From NCBI GenBank assembly GCA_041862415.1, contig JBGVTF010000248.1, positions 3,690-67,689 of the forward strand: DNA of 64,000 nucleotides, given 5' to 3'. This document shows, one piece after another, positions 51,211 to 62,234 of the stretch. The position numbers and the translations under genes are program-made. Each line of letters opens with the position of its first letter. The first letter of the stretch is position 1. Source of the stretch: Anaerolineae bacterium. GTDB taxonomy: Bacteria; Chloroflexota; Anaerolineae; E26-bin7. The notes beneath the pieces were generated by a model that did no database searches, was not told the DNA's origin, and saw only the letters and a program-made list of their open reading frames with translations.

Positions 51211-52311
51211 TTAGCTCGTGGGCGTTATCATAAGGTCCAGTTTCCAGCCGGGTTTCGCCACGTCCTCGCCAGGAGATTCCCAAACCACTTCCCAGGTCAC
51301 ATCACGGGCTGGGTCCTCGCCGTCACTGGTCACGCTGGCCACGGAAACGGTCACCCGGACCGGTTCATGCCTTTCCTCTTTTTCCCCGTTGGGGGTATAG
51401 ATGATGCGTTTGACCAGGACTTTCTGGATCTGATCACCGCTGGCTGCTGTTCCAAAGCTGTCGGACCCCACTGCGTTCTTCAGCCCACTCCGCTCGCTCA
51501 GGTAGGTTTGGGCCAGAGGATCGTTTTGGCCCAGGGCCAGGTAGAAGGCCAGGACAACTTTTTCGGGATAGGGAGATTGGGCCACATCCCCGGGTACACC
51601 GAAGGTAAACTCGATGCCAGTTTCTTCAGGCGGCCATAGCTCCTTTCCCCCCGGCTGGAAGTAGCTGCCCATCTTGACATTGTAGACCTTCTTTCTGGAC
51701 AACTGGCTGCGCTCTTCGGTGCGCTCTTTGACAGTGACCCTGGACTCAACAAGTGTTATCCCGCCGCTGCCGTGGAAGAAACCCAGGCACTCATAGCCTT
51801 GCCGTTCTTCGCCAGGGTTTTTCGACAGATCTTCCTTGTCGTGGTCATACCACTGAAAGACACTCAGATCCACCACCAGGCCCTCCTCAGCGAAACATTT
51901 CACCAGCACTTCCTGCTCCTGGTTGGTTGTGATGGGATCTCCCAGCTCTGCTACGCAGTTCTTTTCACCAAGGTAGACCCTGTCAGGGGGATGCAACTCG
52001 TAAGGAAAAACCACGGGAGGGTCACCGTGATCGTCGTTGTAGACAGCAGCGCCGATGGGGCTGAATTGGCGCCCGGTGGCCCCCTCGACCAGGTCGAATT
52101 GGTAGAATACGATCCACTCGTCCTTGACGTCGCCGTCGGCATCGAGAAGTTGCACCTCTTGGGGGCGTTTGGTCTCAGGCAAGATTCGGGTAAAGTCCAG
52201 CTTGTTGTCCGGCTGGCGCAACGCTTCCCCTGGGCCGCAACCAGCCACCAGACTGAGCACTATCCACAGAAGAGGGGACAGCTTCCTAAGGGGTGACATC
52301 GTGGTTGACAT
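51211..52311 (-). CDS. Hypothetical lipoprotein
   Basis: It has a signal peptide with the lipobox LVAGC. I recognise no family. Confidence 0.6.
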   Translation of the reverse strand: MSTTMSPLRKLSPLLWIVLSLVAGCGPGEALRQPDNKLDFTRILPETKRPQEVQLLDADGDVKDEWIVFYQFDLVEGATGRQFSPIGAAVYNDDHGDPPVVFPYELHPPDRVYLGEKNCVAELGDPITTNQEQEVLVKCFAEEGLVVDLSVFQWYDHDKEDLSKNPGEERQGYECLGFFHGSGGITLVESRVTVKERTEERSQLSRKKVYNVKMGSYFQPGGKELWPPEETGIEFTFGVPGDVAQSPYPEKVVLAFYLALGQNDPLAQTYLSERSGLKNAVGSDSFGTAASGDQIQKVLVKRIIYTPNGEKEERHEPVRVTVSVASVTSDGEDPARDVTWEVVWESPGEDVAKPGWKLDLMITPTS

Positions 52312-52585
52312 GGTATCCGGCCTCTTTTCAACTTGACCTGTTAGGGCGTTTCTCCGCTCTCGTCGGACGGTAGTCTCCCCTTTGATGTTGCTGTCCCACC
52401 TGCTCCGGCGGGATCACCAGATCCGCCGCCAATCCCCTGGATCTGGCGATCCAGGAAGAGCAGGGTAGCGCAGGTAGTGGCTGGCAAACCAGCAACACTC
52501 GAGAGGGGGACTATCCGTCGGACAAAATGCCGTCTTGTCCTACAAGATACGAACAACTGGTAAGCAGGGGCCAGGTCCTTACTCC

Positions 52586-55015
52586 TTACCCCCTATCCCT
52601 CTGCCTTGAAGATGCCTTGCCCTTGGAGGGTTTGTGGCTCAAAGCGACCGGCAAGACCTCTTCCATTCTCTCTACGAAAACAAAGTTCAAATCCCGCTTG
52701 ACTTTTTTGGGGATCTCGATCATGTCTTTCTTGTTTTTCTTGGGTATCAGGATAGTCTTCAAGCCGGCCCGGTGGGCAGCCAGCACTTTCTCCTTGAATC
52801 CTCCAATGGGCAACACCCTCCCGCGGAGGGTTATCTCACCGGTCATGCCCACTTCGTGGTGCACAGGCCGGCGGGCCAGGGCCGAGATGAGAGCCGTGGC
52901 GATGGTGACGCCAGCCGATGGACCGTCTTTAGGAATGGCCCCCTCGGGCACGTGGACGTGGATGTCCAGCTTATCAAATTCGTAGTTTACGATGCCCAGC
53001 TCTTTGGCATGAGAGCGGGCGTAACTGAGGGCAGCCTGGGCTGATTCTTGCATCACATCGCCCAGTTGGCCAGTTAAAATGAGTCCCCCCTTACCGTCCA
53101 TCAATGTCACTTCCACGTTGAGGAGGTCGCCGCCAGCCTCGGTCCAGGCAATGCCCGTAGCCACCCCTATCTCGTCTTCCTTTTCAGCCAGACCAAAGGT
53201 GAACTGGGGTGGCCCCAGGTACTTGACCAATGATTGGATGGTGACGTGGTGGGGAGCCTTCTTCTCCTCGGCTATTCGTCTGGCCACCTTGCGGCAGATG
53301 TTGGCGATCTCCCGCTCCAGATTGCGCACCCCAGCCTCATAGGTATATTCACGGATGATGTGACGGATAGCCTTTTCCGAAAACCCAAGTCTCTCTGGGG
53401 TAAGACCATTTTCTTCCAGTTGTCTGGGGATGAGGAACTGTTTGGCGATGTGGATCTTTTCCTCTTCGATGTAGCCGGGGAAGTAGATGACTTCCATGCG
53501 ATCGCGCAGGGCTGGTGGCACAGGATCCAGAATGTTGGCCGTGGTGATGAACATAACCTGGGACAGGTTGTAGGACACATCCAGGTAATGGTCGGAGAAG
53601 GCGTGGTTCTGCTCAGGGTCCAACACTTCCAGGAGAGCAGCCGAAGGGTCGCCCCGGAAATCCGCGCCCAGCTTGTCAATCTCATCCAGCATGAAGAGAG
53701 GGTTGATGGTCTCAGCCCGGCGCATGGTCTGGATGATACGCCCCGGCAACGCGCCAATGTAGGTACGACGGTGACCTCTGATCTCTGCTTCGTCGTGGAT
53801 GCCTCCCAGGCTAACGCGCACAAATTTCCTCCCCAGAGCCTCAGCGATGGACTTGCCCAGTGAGGTCTTGCCAGTGCCTGGCGGACCCACGAAGCATAGG
53901 ATGGGACTGCGCATTTTGTCAGCAGCCAATTTCCGCACGGCAATGTATTCCAGGATGCGTTCCTTCGCTTTGGGAAGGCCATAGTGCTTGGCATCCAGGA
54001 TTTTGGCCGCGTGGGCGATGTCCATGTTGTCTTCGCTAGCCTGACTCCAGGGCAGCTCAATCAGCCAGTCAATGTAGTTGCGGATGATAGGCGCTTCAGG
54101 GGCGATGGGAGGCATGGCCGCCAACCGGCTGAGCTCCTTCTCGGTCTTCTCACGCACCTCATCAGGCATCTCCGTGGCAGCGATTTTCTCCCGGAGTTCG
54201 TTGATCTCCTGGGTTTGACCGTCCATCTCACCCAGTTCACTCTGAATGACCTTCATCTGCTCTCGCAGGAAATACTCACGCTGCGTTTTATCCACCTCTT
54301 GCTGCACCTTGCTCTGAATGCGGTTCTCTAGCTCCAAGACATCCAATTCCTCAGCCAGGAGGATGCTCAACCGCTGCAAGCGCAATGTTGGATCAACAGT
54401 CTCCAGCATCTCCTGGCGCTTTTCCACCTCCAGGTTGAGGGTAGAAGTCACCAGGTCAGATAACCAGCCAGGCTCGTCAATGTTCATGGCGGCGACGTAA
54501 GCATCTTCGGGAAGGTTGCGATTCAACTGCACGCATTTCTCAAAGAGAGCCAGGATGGCGCGCATCATGGCCTCGGTGGGAAGAGACTTCTCGGTCGGCT
54601 CGTAGATGGGCCTCACTTCGACCTTGATGTAAGGATCGGTTTGCACAAACTTGACGATTCTGACACGCTGCTTGCCCTGGCCCAGGATGCTGATGGTGCC
54701 GTCAGGCATGCGCAATGTACGGCCAATGACCACTTCAGTGCCGATGGTGTAAAGGTCCTCGATGCTTGGGTCCTGGATTTCAGGCTCTGTCTGTGCCACG
54801 ACGACGATGGTGCTATCGTCGTCTGTAGCCGCCTCCACAGCCTTGATGGAACGATCCCGTCCCACAAAAAGGGGAGTCACCATGTGGGGGAAGACAACCG
54901 TGTCACGCACGGGCAGCAAAGGATACTCCAGCCAATCTGTCTCTTTCATTATTTTTTTATCTATATCCTCATCCGATAGCTCTGTCAGGATGTCTTTTTT
55001 CTCTGCCATTGTCAA
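52586..55015 (-). CDS. lon: ATP-dependent Lon protease
   Basis: It has a LON N-domain, Walker [10 protein letters not shown], and the protease Ser-Lys dyad context [10 protein letters not shown] ... [11 protein letters not shown]. Confidence 0.97.
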   Translation of the reverse strand: MTMAEKKDILTELSDEDIDKKIMKETDWLEYPLLPVRDTVVFPHMVTPLFVGRDRSIKAVEAATDDDSTIVVVAQTEPEIQDPSIEDLYTIGTEVVIGRTLRMPDGTISILGQGKQRVRIVKFVQTDPYIKVEVRPIYEPTEKSLPTEAMMRAILALFEKCVQLNRNLPEDAYVAAMNIDEPGWLSDLVTSTLNLEVEKRQEMLETVDPTLRLQRLSILLAEELDVLELENRIQSKVQQEVDKTQREYFLREQMKVIQSELGEMDGQTQEINELREKIAATEMPDEVREKTEKELSRLAAMPPIAPEAPIIRNYIDWLIELPWSQASEDNMDIAHAAKILDAKHYGLPKAKERILEYIAVRKLAADKMRSPILCFVGPPGTGKTSLGKSIAEALGRKFVRVSLGGIHDEAEIRGHRRTYIGALPGRIIQTMRRAETINPLFMLDEIDKLGADFRGDPSAALLEVLDPEQNHAFSDHYLDVSYNLSQVMFITTANILDPVPPALRDRMEVIYFPGYIEEEKIHIAKQFLIPRQLEENGLTPERLGFSEKAIRHIIREYTYEAGVRNLEREIANICRKVARRIAEEKKAPHHVTIQSLVKYLGPPQFTFGLAEKEDEIGVATGIAWTEAGGDLLNVEVTLMDGKGGLILTGQLGDVMQESAQAALSYARSHAKELGIVNYEFDKLDIHVHVPEGAIPKDGPSAGVTIATALISALARRPVHHEVGMTGEITLRGRVLPIGGFKEKVLAAHRAGLKTILIPKKNKKDMIEIPKKVKRDLNFVFVERMEEVLPVALSHKPSKGKASSRQRDRG

Positions 55016-55085
55016 TCACGCCCTCCATCCATTGAGGCTCAATGTCCACCATAAATATACCACATTTTCCCGATTTTTGGAAACT

Positions 55086-57089
55086 CTAAGCGGAATCAAG
55101 CTCTACCTCTATAGTTTCCCCGTAAGGCACGATGCTCTCTCCCTCCGGGCGGTACATCCCTATCTCTATCCGGGCAGTACCTTCCGGTAAGACAAAGACA
55201 TCACGCACGGTCTGCCCCACCTCCCACTCAGAAGTGCTCATGTGCAGCACCTCCAGGTCGTCGGCAGGCTTGTCCTGCTGGCCAATGGGCTCCCCGTTAT
55301 CGTCAAAGAAACGGACAAAGGTGCCATAGTCCTGATCCAGGGGCTGGCTTGCCTGCCAATAGAGGTGAAGTTCCTTTCCCCTCACCTCGTAGCCCACCAG
55401 AACCACGCTGGAGCCGACATTCCGGTCAAGGCGATGGGAGGGGATGGGATCATCAGGCACGACCCGCACAACCCCCTCTGCCTCCTTCGCCAGACTGATG
55501 TCAGCCTCGGTGCGGGTGTTGACAGAGAGGGGCTGGCGGATCACGTAGAGGGAGCGGCTGGCCGTCACGGGGTAGCGCACAATGGCACTCAGGTGATAGA
55601 TGCGTCGGGGCCGCCGCCCGGCCAGTATCTCCTCAAGCAAAACGTAATCGTAGCGGCGGGAAAGGTTAATGGGCAGAATCTCCAAGTCTGGCCTCACGCC
55701 TTCCACCGCCTGGCGGTACTGCAAGGCATAAGCCATACCCCAGTCCACCAAAACAGTGGAATCCCTTTCATAAGGGTAACTGAACATCTCATCAGCAGTC
55801 TGGGCTATAGAACGGCTCAAAGGCGGGATGTCCTTGACCCGGACGTCAATCCTGTCCACCGCCAGTTGATTGTAGCCATTCCAGAGAGACCAGGCCAGAG
55901 CAGGCAAGAGTAGAACCACAGCCACGACGGAGCCGATCCTAGCGCTGATCGCCTTATCTAAAGTCTGCCAGCCCAGGCCAACCCAGGGGGCGAAAAGCAG
56001 GTAGAAGGGCAGGAGAAAGACTTCAACGTCGAAAGCCTGATAAAACAGGCCGAAGAGAGCGTTGCAGAGCCCAGCCACCAACAGCATGACGGCGCAGGGG
56101 CGGTACCGGCGAGGTAGAGTCACAAAGCTGGCCACCAAGCCCCAGGCTCCCAGGATGGTGGCCCAACCGTACTGCCGGGCCAGAAGCACGAAGAACTTGC
56201 CCACCACGGCCACCGTCGGCCACTCGAACTCTACTCCGAAGCTGGTCCCCAACAGGTTGTCGAGGATCTGGTCGTGGAAGACGGGTGGGTATAACTGCCA
56301 TATCCTGAGAGGGGCATAGAGGTAGAGCAGAAGAGGTGAGAACCCCAATGCAGCTATCTTCAACAACAGCCTGGCATTGGTGAACACCTCTCGGTCGGTC
56401 AGCCAGACGAAGAGAGCCAAAGCGGGCAGGAAGATGATGATCCCCCGGTGGTGGGTGAGGCTCAAACCGTAGACAAAGGCAGCCAGCAGCAAATCTCTGG
56501 CAGACGGTTTGGCTGCTTCCCACCTGAGCAGTAAATAGATCACCAGAACCACAAAGGCGGTGTTGAGAGTGTACACCTCGGCCACGATGGCCTGCATCCA
56601 GAAAGTGGGCGAGAGGGCGAGGAGGACAGCGGCCAACAAAGCAGGGGCGTGGCGTGAAGTGAGGTGCTGGACGATCAGGTACAGCACTGCCGCCGTCGAG
56701 GCTCCCAGGACTGCCGAGAGCAAATTCATGCGGTAAGCCACGTCACCGACCACCACCCCATGGGTCCACAGCCAGCCCAGGAGGGTGTAGAGCGGATAGC
56801 CAGTGGGGTGGGCGACGCCCAGAATGTAGGGAATGTACTGAAGTTCGCCCGAATCGCCCCCCAGCACTCCGGGAGCCAGGGTAAGGACATATATCGCCAG
56901 GCACAACCCAAAGACACCGGTCGCCATCCAAAGCTGGGGCCTGTCTCTGGCCAGGCTTCGCCGTGAGCGCCCCTCGCCTTGAGACTTCGTCGAGCCTTCG
57001 GGCCGAGCCTCAGGCTGAGGGCTCAGTCGAGACGCGGGATGAAGGGCTCGGGACGAAGGCTCAGCCGAACGGTCAGCCAATCGGATCAT
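55086..57089 (-). CDS. DUF2723 / GT-C-fold (TMEM260-like) membrane glycosyltransferase
   Basis: GGDSGELQYIPYILGVAHPTGYPLYTLLG is the DUF2723 signature. It has more than 10 TM helices and a soluble C-terminal domain. Confidence 0.72.
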   Translation of the reverse strand: MIRLADRSAEPSSRALHPASRLSPQPEARPEGSTKSQGEGRSRRSLARDRPQLWMATGVFGLCLAIYVLTLAPGVLGGDSGELQYIPYILGVAHPTGYPLYTLLGWLWTHGVVVGDVAYRMNLLSAVLGASTAAVLYLIVQHLTSRHAPALLAAVLLALSPTFWMQAIVAEVYTLNTAFVVLVIYLLLRWEAAKPSARDLLLAAFVYGLSLTHHRGIIIFLPALALFVWLTDREVFTNARLLLKIAALGFSPLLLYLYAPLRIWQLYPPVFHDQILDNLLGTSFGVEFEWPTVAVVGKFFVLLARQYGWATILGAWGLVASFVTLPRRYRPCAVMLLVAGLCNALFGLFYQAFDVEVFLLPFYLLFAPWVGLGWQTLDKAISARIGSVVAVVLLLPALAWSLWNGYNQLAVDRIDVRVKDIPPLSRSIAQTADEMFSYPYERDSTVLVDWGMAYALQYRQAVEGVRPDLEILPINLSRRYDYVLLEEILAGRRPRRIYHLSAIVRYPVTASRSLYVIRQPLSVNTRTEADISLAKEAEGVVRVVPDDPIPSHRLDRNVGSSVVLVGYEVRGKELHLYWQASQPLDQDYGTFVRFFDDNGEPIGQQDKPADDLEVLHMSTSEWEVGQTVRDVFVLPEGTARIEIGMYRPEGESIVPYGETIEVELDSA

Positions 57090-57116
57090 TTTCCACTCGC
57101 CCCCCGGTCTGGGCCT

Positions 57117-58178
57117 TTAAATTTCGGCCAGGCGCTGCTTCAGGTAGTCCACCACTTTGAGAGAAGTGGGGTCTACACCATAGAGCATGGCCAGGTAGAA
57201 ACTGACATAGTCGCCGAAGTGGATGGCGGAGAGCATTTGCGCTAGACGGCTCGAACCCCGGGCCTCTACCATTTCACAGGAGACTCCCCGCTGGCTGAAG
57301 ATTTCCTGGGTTATCTGGAAGCGCACCGTGGTCCGGGGATGATCCAGTGGTGAGGTCAGCATGACGGCGACAATCTTCTCGGCCAAGTCGGCCGGAAACT
57401 CGGTGCCAGCCAGGGCGTTGTGGTTCATCTCCGGCAACTGCTCGAAGAAGGCCCAGGACTTGGCGTTCTCATTGAACTGCCCCTTCCAGCGACGGGCTAC
57501 CTCGGAGAGATGCCCCGCCCCGTAGACCACAGACAGGTGCTCGTGCAGTTTCACTGCCAGCTTCTTGGCCGCGTTTTCGGCCAGAGGGACCGTTTCGTTG
57601 ATCTCTCTCTGCCACGATTCCATCGCTGAGATAGCTTCATCTAGGTCGGCCGCCTTGTCACTGACGAGGCCCAGCTGGCACACGATGCTTATCAGGGCCA
57701 CGATGGAATGGCCCAGAGCGGCTCGCGGCTGAGCACGATAGTCAAAGGTCAGGAGCGGGGCGTTCAACTCCCGGGCCCGTGCGGCCAGTTTCCCACCGGT
57801 GGCAATGGCCAGAAGCATAGCCCCTGCCTGGCGGGCCGCCTCAAGAGCAGCCAGGGTCTCCTCGGTATCTCCGGAGTAGCTGGAGGCGATGGCCAGAGTC
57901 CGCCCGTTGACAAAGGCCGGGACGGTGTAGTCACGGCTGACGACGATGGGCACCGGGCACTCGCTTTCCACTAGGGTGCGCAGAAGGTCACCGCCGATGG
58001 CCGAACCGCCCATGCCCAGAATGACCACCGCTTCGGCCTGACGGTACCCCCCAGGCAATTCCAAGCTCTGGGCATTAGCCCAAGCATCACGGCACTGCTG
58101 AGGCAGCTCTGAGATGCGGGCCAACATGTCGTGGGGGTCCGTCTCGCGGAAGAGCTGAGGTTTGTCCAGATCGGTCAC
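57117..58178 (-). CDS. Bifunctional phosphoglucose/phosphomannose isomerase (SIS domains)
   Basis: Contains VVILGMGGSAIGGDLL, ASSYSGDTEET and the C-terminal bifunctional PGI/PMI pattern. Confidence 0.78.
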   Translation of the reverse strand: MTDLDKPQLFRETDPHDMLARISELPQQCRDAWANAQSLELPGGYRQAEAVVILGMGGSAIGGDLLRTLVESECPVPIVVSRDYTVPAFVNGRTLAIASSYSGDTEETLAALEAARQAGAMLLAIATGGKLAARARELNAPLLTFDYRAQPRAALGHSIVALISIVCQLGLVSDKAADLDEAISAMESWQREINETVPLAENAAKKLAVKLHEHLSVVYGAGHLSEVARRWKGQFNENAKSWAFFEQLPEMNHNALAGTEFPADLAEKIVAVMLTSPLDHPRTTVRFQITQEIFSQRGVSCEMVEARGSSRLAQMLSAIHFGDYVSFYLAMLYGVDPTSLKVVDYLKQRLAEI

Positions 58179-58211
58179 TTTTGGATCCTCCTGTGATTTG
58201 TTTGATAGGGG

Positions 58212-59060
58212 TCAGCTCTCATCCACCGCCACTTTGTAGACTTGACGGCGGGACCAGCGGGCGGCCTTTGCCACCCGTTTGATGGCTTCCTTTTTGTCCA
58301 GGCCCTCGCTCAATAGCTCTGCCAACGCTGATCTGACCTGCTCTTCGTCCCACGCAGCCTGCGCCTCATCCTCGGCCCCGGCGATGACCAGGGTGAATTC
58401 GCCCCGGGGCGGGTTCTGCTCAAAGTGCTTCAGAGCCTGGCTGAGGCTCCCCCGCCAGACCTCTTCATGGATTTTGGTCAACTCGCGGGCCACAGCGATC
58501 TGCCTGTCTCCCAGCACATCGGCCAGGTCGGCCAGACTCTTCCGCAGACGATGTGGAGCCTCGAAGGCCACCAGGGTGCGCTTCTCCCTGGCCAGCGAGC
58601 TCAGGAGCCGCCGTCGCTCACCCTGTCGCCGTGGAAGGAAGCCCAGGTAGACAAAGCTGTCGGTGGGCAGGCCGGAGATGGCCAGAGCGGTCACCAGAGC
58701 CGAGGGGCCTGGGACTGGCACCACAGGGATACCACGGGCGATGGTGGCCTTGATCAGCTCGTAGCCGGGGTCGGAGATGCCTGGCATCCCCGCCTCGGAG
58801 ACCAGGGCCACATCCTTCTCCTCCAGGGTGGTGAGGATGTAGTCCAGCTTGGCCAGCTTGTTGTGCTCGTAGTAACTGGTCAGGGGTGTCGTGATTTCGT
58901 AGCGAGTCAGGAGCTTGCGCGTTTGGCGGGTGTCCTCGGCAGCGATGAGGGCCACTTCCTTGAGGGTGCGCAAGGCCCGCAGTGAGATGTCTTCCAGGTT
59001 GCCAAGCGGCGTACCGACTAGGTACAGAGTGCCCATCTGTTGTAAGCGTTTAGCCATCAA
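58212..59060 (-). CDS. rsmI: 16S rRNA (cytidine1402-2'-O)-methyltransferase
   Basis: Contains LYLVGTPLGNLEDISLRALRTL..IAAEDTR and SEAGMPGISDPG. Confidence 0.92.
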   Translation of the reverse strand: MMAKRLQQMGTLYLVGTPLGNLEDISLRALRTLKEVALIAAEDTRQTRKLLTRYEITTPLTSYYEHNKLAKLDYILTTLEEKDVALVSEAGMPGISDPGYELIKATIARGIPVVPVPGPSALVTALAISGLPTDSFVYLGFLPRRQGERRRLLSSLAREKRTLVAFEAPHRLRKSLADLADVLGDRQIAVARELTKIHEEVWRGSLSQALKHFEQNPPRGEFTLVIAGAEDEAQAAWDEEQVRSALAELLSEGLDKKEAIKRVAKAARWSRRQVYKVAVDES

Positions 59061-59749
59061 CTCTCAGCTTTCGGCCCTTGCATCGCCGCTCTGACGGGCG
59101 CGTAGGAGAAACGATGGATGGGAGAAGGGCCCAGACGATCCAGAGCTGCACGGTGTTGGGGAGTGCCATAACCCTTGTGGCTGGCGAAACCGTAGCCGGG
59201 ATACTGGCTATCCAGTGCGATCATGAACCGATCCCGCGACACCTTGGCTATGATGGAAGCAGCAGCAATGGAGAGAGACAAAGCATCGCCGTGGACGATG
59301 CTCTTCTGGGGGTAGTTTAGCCGGGGCAAACCGAGGAAGTCAACGAGCAGAAAATGGGGGGTGGAAGGCAGTCGGGCAATGGCCAGAGCCATGGCCTCTT
59401 TGGTGGCGGGGACAATTCCCAGTTTGTCAATCTGACCGGGAGGCACTATACCCACTCCCACAGCCAACGCTTCGGTCTGGATGACATTGTACAGCCGCTC
59501 GCGTTCCAATGGGCTGAGTTCCTTGGAGTCGCGCACTCCATCCAGAGCCTGTGCCAACCCGTCATGGCCCAAGGGCAAGATCACCGCTCCGGCCACCACT
59601 GGGCCGGCCCACGAGCCGCGGCCTGCCTCGTCCAGGCCAGCCACCAGGCGATAGCCCCGCCTGTAAAGGGCCATCTCTTCTCGCAAATCAGGCCTTAGCA
59701 GCGCCATCGAGTCACCTCGCAGCGGATGGGTCATCTCTTCAGAGAGCAT
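59057..59749 (-). CDS. rnhB: Ribonuclease HII
   Basis: Contains GLDEAGRGSWAGPVVAGAV, DSKELS and ASIIAKVSRD. The exact start is uncertain. Confidence 0.92.
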   Translation of the reverse strand: MLSEEMTHPLRGDSMALLRPDLREEMALYRRGYRLVAGLDEAGRGSWAGPVVAGAVILPLGHDGLAQALDGVRDSKELSPLERERLYNVIQTEALAVGVGIVPPGQIDKLGIVPATKEAMALAIARLPSTPHFLLVDFLGLPRLNYPQKSIVHGDALSLSIAAASIIAKVSRDRFMIALDSQYPGYGFASHKGYGTPQHRAALDRLGPSPIHRFSYAPVRAAMQGPKAES

Positions 59750-59852
59750 AAACCAAAAGGCGTAAGTGTCTTAACCTACGCCCTGGGATTTCCGCTGTCT
59801 TCCTTGTCAGGGCCTCTGCCAGAACCCGTGTCAGCCGGCTATTGGCTTTCCC

Positions 59853-60212
59853 CTAGTGCCGCTTCTCCCTCAGGCGGGCTGCTTTGCCGCGGCGACCACG
59901 CAAGTAGTAGAGTTGGGCGCGTCTCACGTGGGCACGACGCACAATCTCCACTTTCTCTACCCGTGGTGAGTGCAGCAAGAAGGTCCTCTCCACGCCAATG
60001 CCATGAGCAGCGATACGCCGCACGGTGAAATTGGCCTTGATGCCTCCCTTGCGCAAGCGCATCACCGTGCCTTGAAAAACCTGAACCCGTTCCCGGTCGC
60101 CCTCAACGATCCGGTTATGCACGCGCACCGTATCCCCTGGCCGGAGCTCCGGGATGTCGGGATTGGGCTCGACTCTTTCAACTGTTTTCAACAAGTCTGC
60201 CATTTCTCTCAC
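59853..60212 (-). CDS. rplS: 50S ribosomal protein L19
   Basis: Contains [10 protein letters not shown]-type [29 protein letters not shown] and RRAQLYYLR. Confidence 0.96.
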   Translation of the reverse strand: MREMADLLKTVERVEPNPDIPELRPGDTVRVHNRIVEGDRERVQVFQGTVMRLRKGGIKANFTVRRIAAHGIGVERTFLLHSPRVEKVEIVRRAHVRRAQLYYLRGRRGKAARLREKRH

Positions 60213-60238
60213 CGTTTCCTATCATCTAGCGGATTATA

Positions 60239-61021
60239 CTACAAGTTACTCCCATTAGCAAATCTGGGTTCTTCCTTCTCCTCTTCCAGTTGACGCAGGA
60301 AAGCCTTGTCGGCCTCCGATAGTCTGGCCTTGCTCAGCAAATCCGGGCGGCGCTCCCAAGTACGGCGTAGGGTCTGCTGGCGTCGCCAACGGATGACTGC
60401 CGCGTGGTCTCCCGAGAGGAGCACCTCAGGCACTTTGTGCCCCCGGAAGACCGGCGGTCGTGTATAGTGCGGGTATTCCAGAAGCCCCTCAGCGTGAGAG
60501 TCCTCGAAGGTGGCCCCGGGGTCGCCCAGCACGCCGGGCATAAGGCGCGTGACCGCTTCGACGATGACCAGGGCCGGCACCTCGCCCCCTGTCAGGACGT
60601 AGTCGCCGATGGATATCTCATCGGTGGCCAGGACCTGTCGTACTCGTTCATCTACCCCTTCGTAATGTCCGCAGATGAGAATGAGAAGGGGGTGTTTGGA
60701 GAGTTCTCTGGCTATCTCCTGGGTGAAAAGACGGCCCTGAGGGCTGAGCAGGATGATAGGGGGCGAGGGATGATCCACCCCCAGTCCCCTATCCTTTAGT
60801 ATCGCCTCGACGGCAGCGAAAATGGGCTCCGGCTTCATGATCATGCCCCCACCGCCGCCGTAGGGAGTGTCGTCGGTAGTGCGATGCCTGTCGGTGGCAT
60901 AGTCGCGGATGTTGTGCAGGGCAATCGAAATCAGGCCCGCCTCACAGGCACGTTTGATGATACTCTGACTGAGAGGGCTCTCAAAGAACGAGGGAAACAG
61001 GGTCAGGATGTCAAAGTGCAC
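60239..61021 (-). CDS. trmD: tRNA (guanine37-N1)-methyltransferase
   Basis: GTG 61021 follows GGAGG. Contains [22 protein letters not shown] and [11 protein letters not shown]. Confidence 0.95.
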   Translation of the reverse strand: MHFDILTLFPSFFESPLSQSIIKRACEAGLISIALHNIRDYATDRHRTTDDTPYGGGGGMIMKPEPIFAAVEAILKDRGLGVDHPSPPIILLSPQGRLFTQEIARELSKHPLLILICGHYEGVDERVRQVLATDEISIGDYVLTGGEVPALVIVEAVTRLMPGVLGDPGATFEDSHAEGLLEYPHYTRPPVFRGHKVPEVLLSGDHAAVIRWRRQQTLRRTWERRPDLLSKARLSEADKAFLRQLEEEKEEPRFANGSNL

Positions 61022-61041
61022 AATCACTACCTCCAAGTGGA

Positions 61042-62221
61042 TCAGGCGCTGGAGAAGGGCGCTTCAGCCAGAGTATGGACCACGGTATCAACCTCTTCTT
61101 CGGTGTTGAAGTAGTGCACCGAGGCCCTCACGATTTCGCCCACACCCCAATCCTGCATGTCCAGCAGTGCGTTCTCGGCCCCCACGGTGTAAACGTTGAT
61201 CTTGCGCTCCCTCAGGTATTCCTTCACCTTGAGAGGCGGAATACCCTCCAGGGTAAATGCTACGATACCGGAAAGGGTCTGGCCCCGGTCGTGCACCTTC
61301 GCGCCCGGCAATTCCCTCAACCGCTGGCGCAGATAGCGGGCCAGTTCCTGCACCCTCTGCCAGATGGCCTCGAGGCCCACATTCTGGGCGTAGATGGCGG
61401 CCTCCCCCAATGCCAAGGTTGCGGCGGGGTTTGGACTCCCAGGTTTCAAAGGCCCGCGCGTCGGGGGGCCAGCAGAAGCGATAGGGTTCCTCCCACACTG
61501 CCGCCCGCACGTCGGGGAAGGGTGGGTTCAGTTGCTCCATAAACTCACCTCTGACGTAGAGCATGCCCAGGCCCCGTGGCCCCCGCAGCCATTTGCGGCT
61601 GGTGGAGCACAGCAGGTCGCAGCCAATTGCCTCCACGTTGAGGGGATAGACGCCCAGGGATTGGGTGGCGTTCAGGAAGTAGATGAGGCCGTGCTCTCTG
61701 GCGATGCGCCCCACGGCCTCGGCTGGCTGCACGCTGCCGGTGTGGGTGGGGATGTGGGTGAGGACGATGAGCCTGGCCCGGCTATCAATGGCCCGCTCCA
61801 GGCGTTCCAGGTCTATGACGCCCTGCCCGTCTTCGGGGACGACCTCGATTTCTATCCCCGCCTCGCGGCGTTGAAGCAGATTCGTGAAGACGGTCACGTA
61901 TTCCAGGCGCGAGGTCAGGATTTTGTGGCCCGGTTCCAGGGGCAGGGCATTGAGGCCGAATTGAAAGGCCCGCGAGGCGCTGCCCACCAGCGCCAGCTCT
62001 GAGGGCCGGGCGCCGATGAAATCGGCCAGCCTGCGGTAGGCTGCCTTGATCTGCGGCTGGTGCCCTGCCTGGGCTTCGTAACCCCCCATTTCCTTCTCGC
62101 GCTGGAGGTAGGTGATGAGCCGCTCGTAGACTGGCTGCGGCATAGGTGAAGCGCCAGCGTTGTTGAAGTGGATGACGTTTCGGCAGAGCGAAGTTTCCTC
62201 TCGGAGTCCGGCGATGTCCAT
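61042..62221 (-). pseudogene. Class V aminotransferase (cysteine desulfurase / selenocysteine lyase-like) with a 1-nt frameshift
   Basis: The N-terminal 260 aa lie in track ORF 61088..62326 (from ATG 62221: MDIAGLREE...FETWES) and the C-terminal 130 aa in track ORF 61042..61449 (NPAATLALGEAAIY...). The frames join at the TTT run 61430-61432. Confidence 0.75.
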
Positions 62222-62234
62222 TGTCCGTCCTGCC

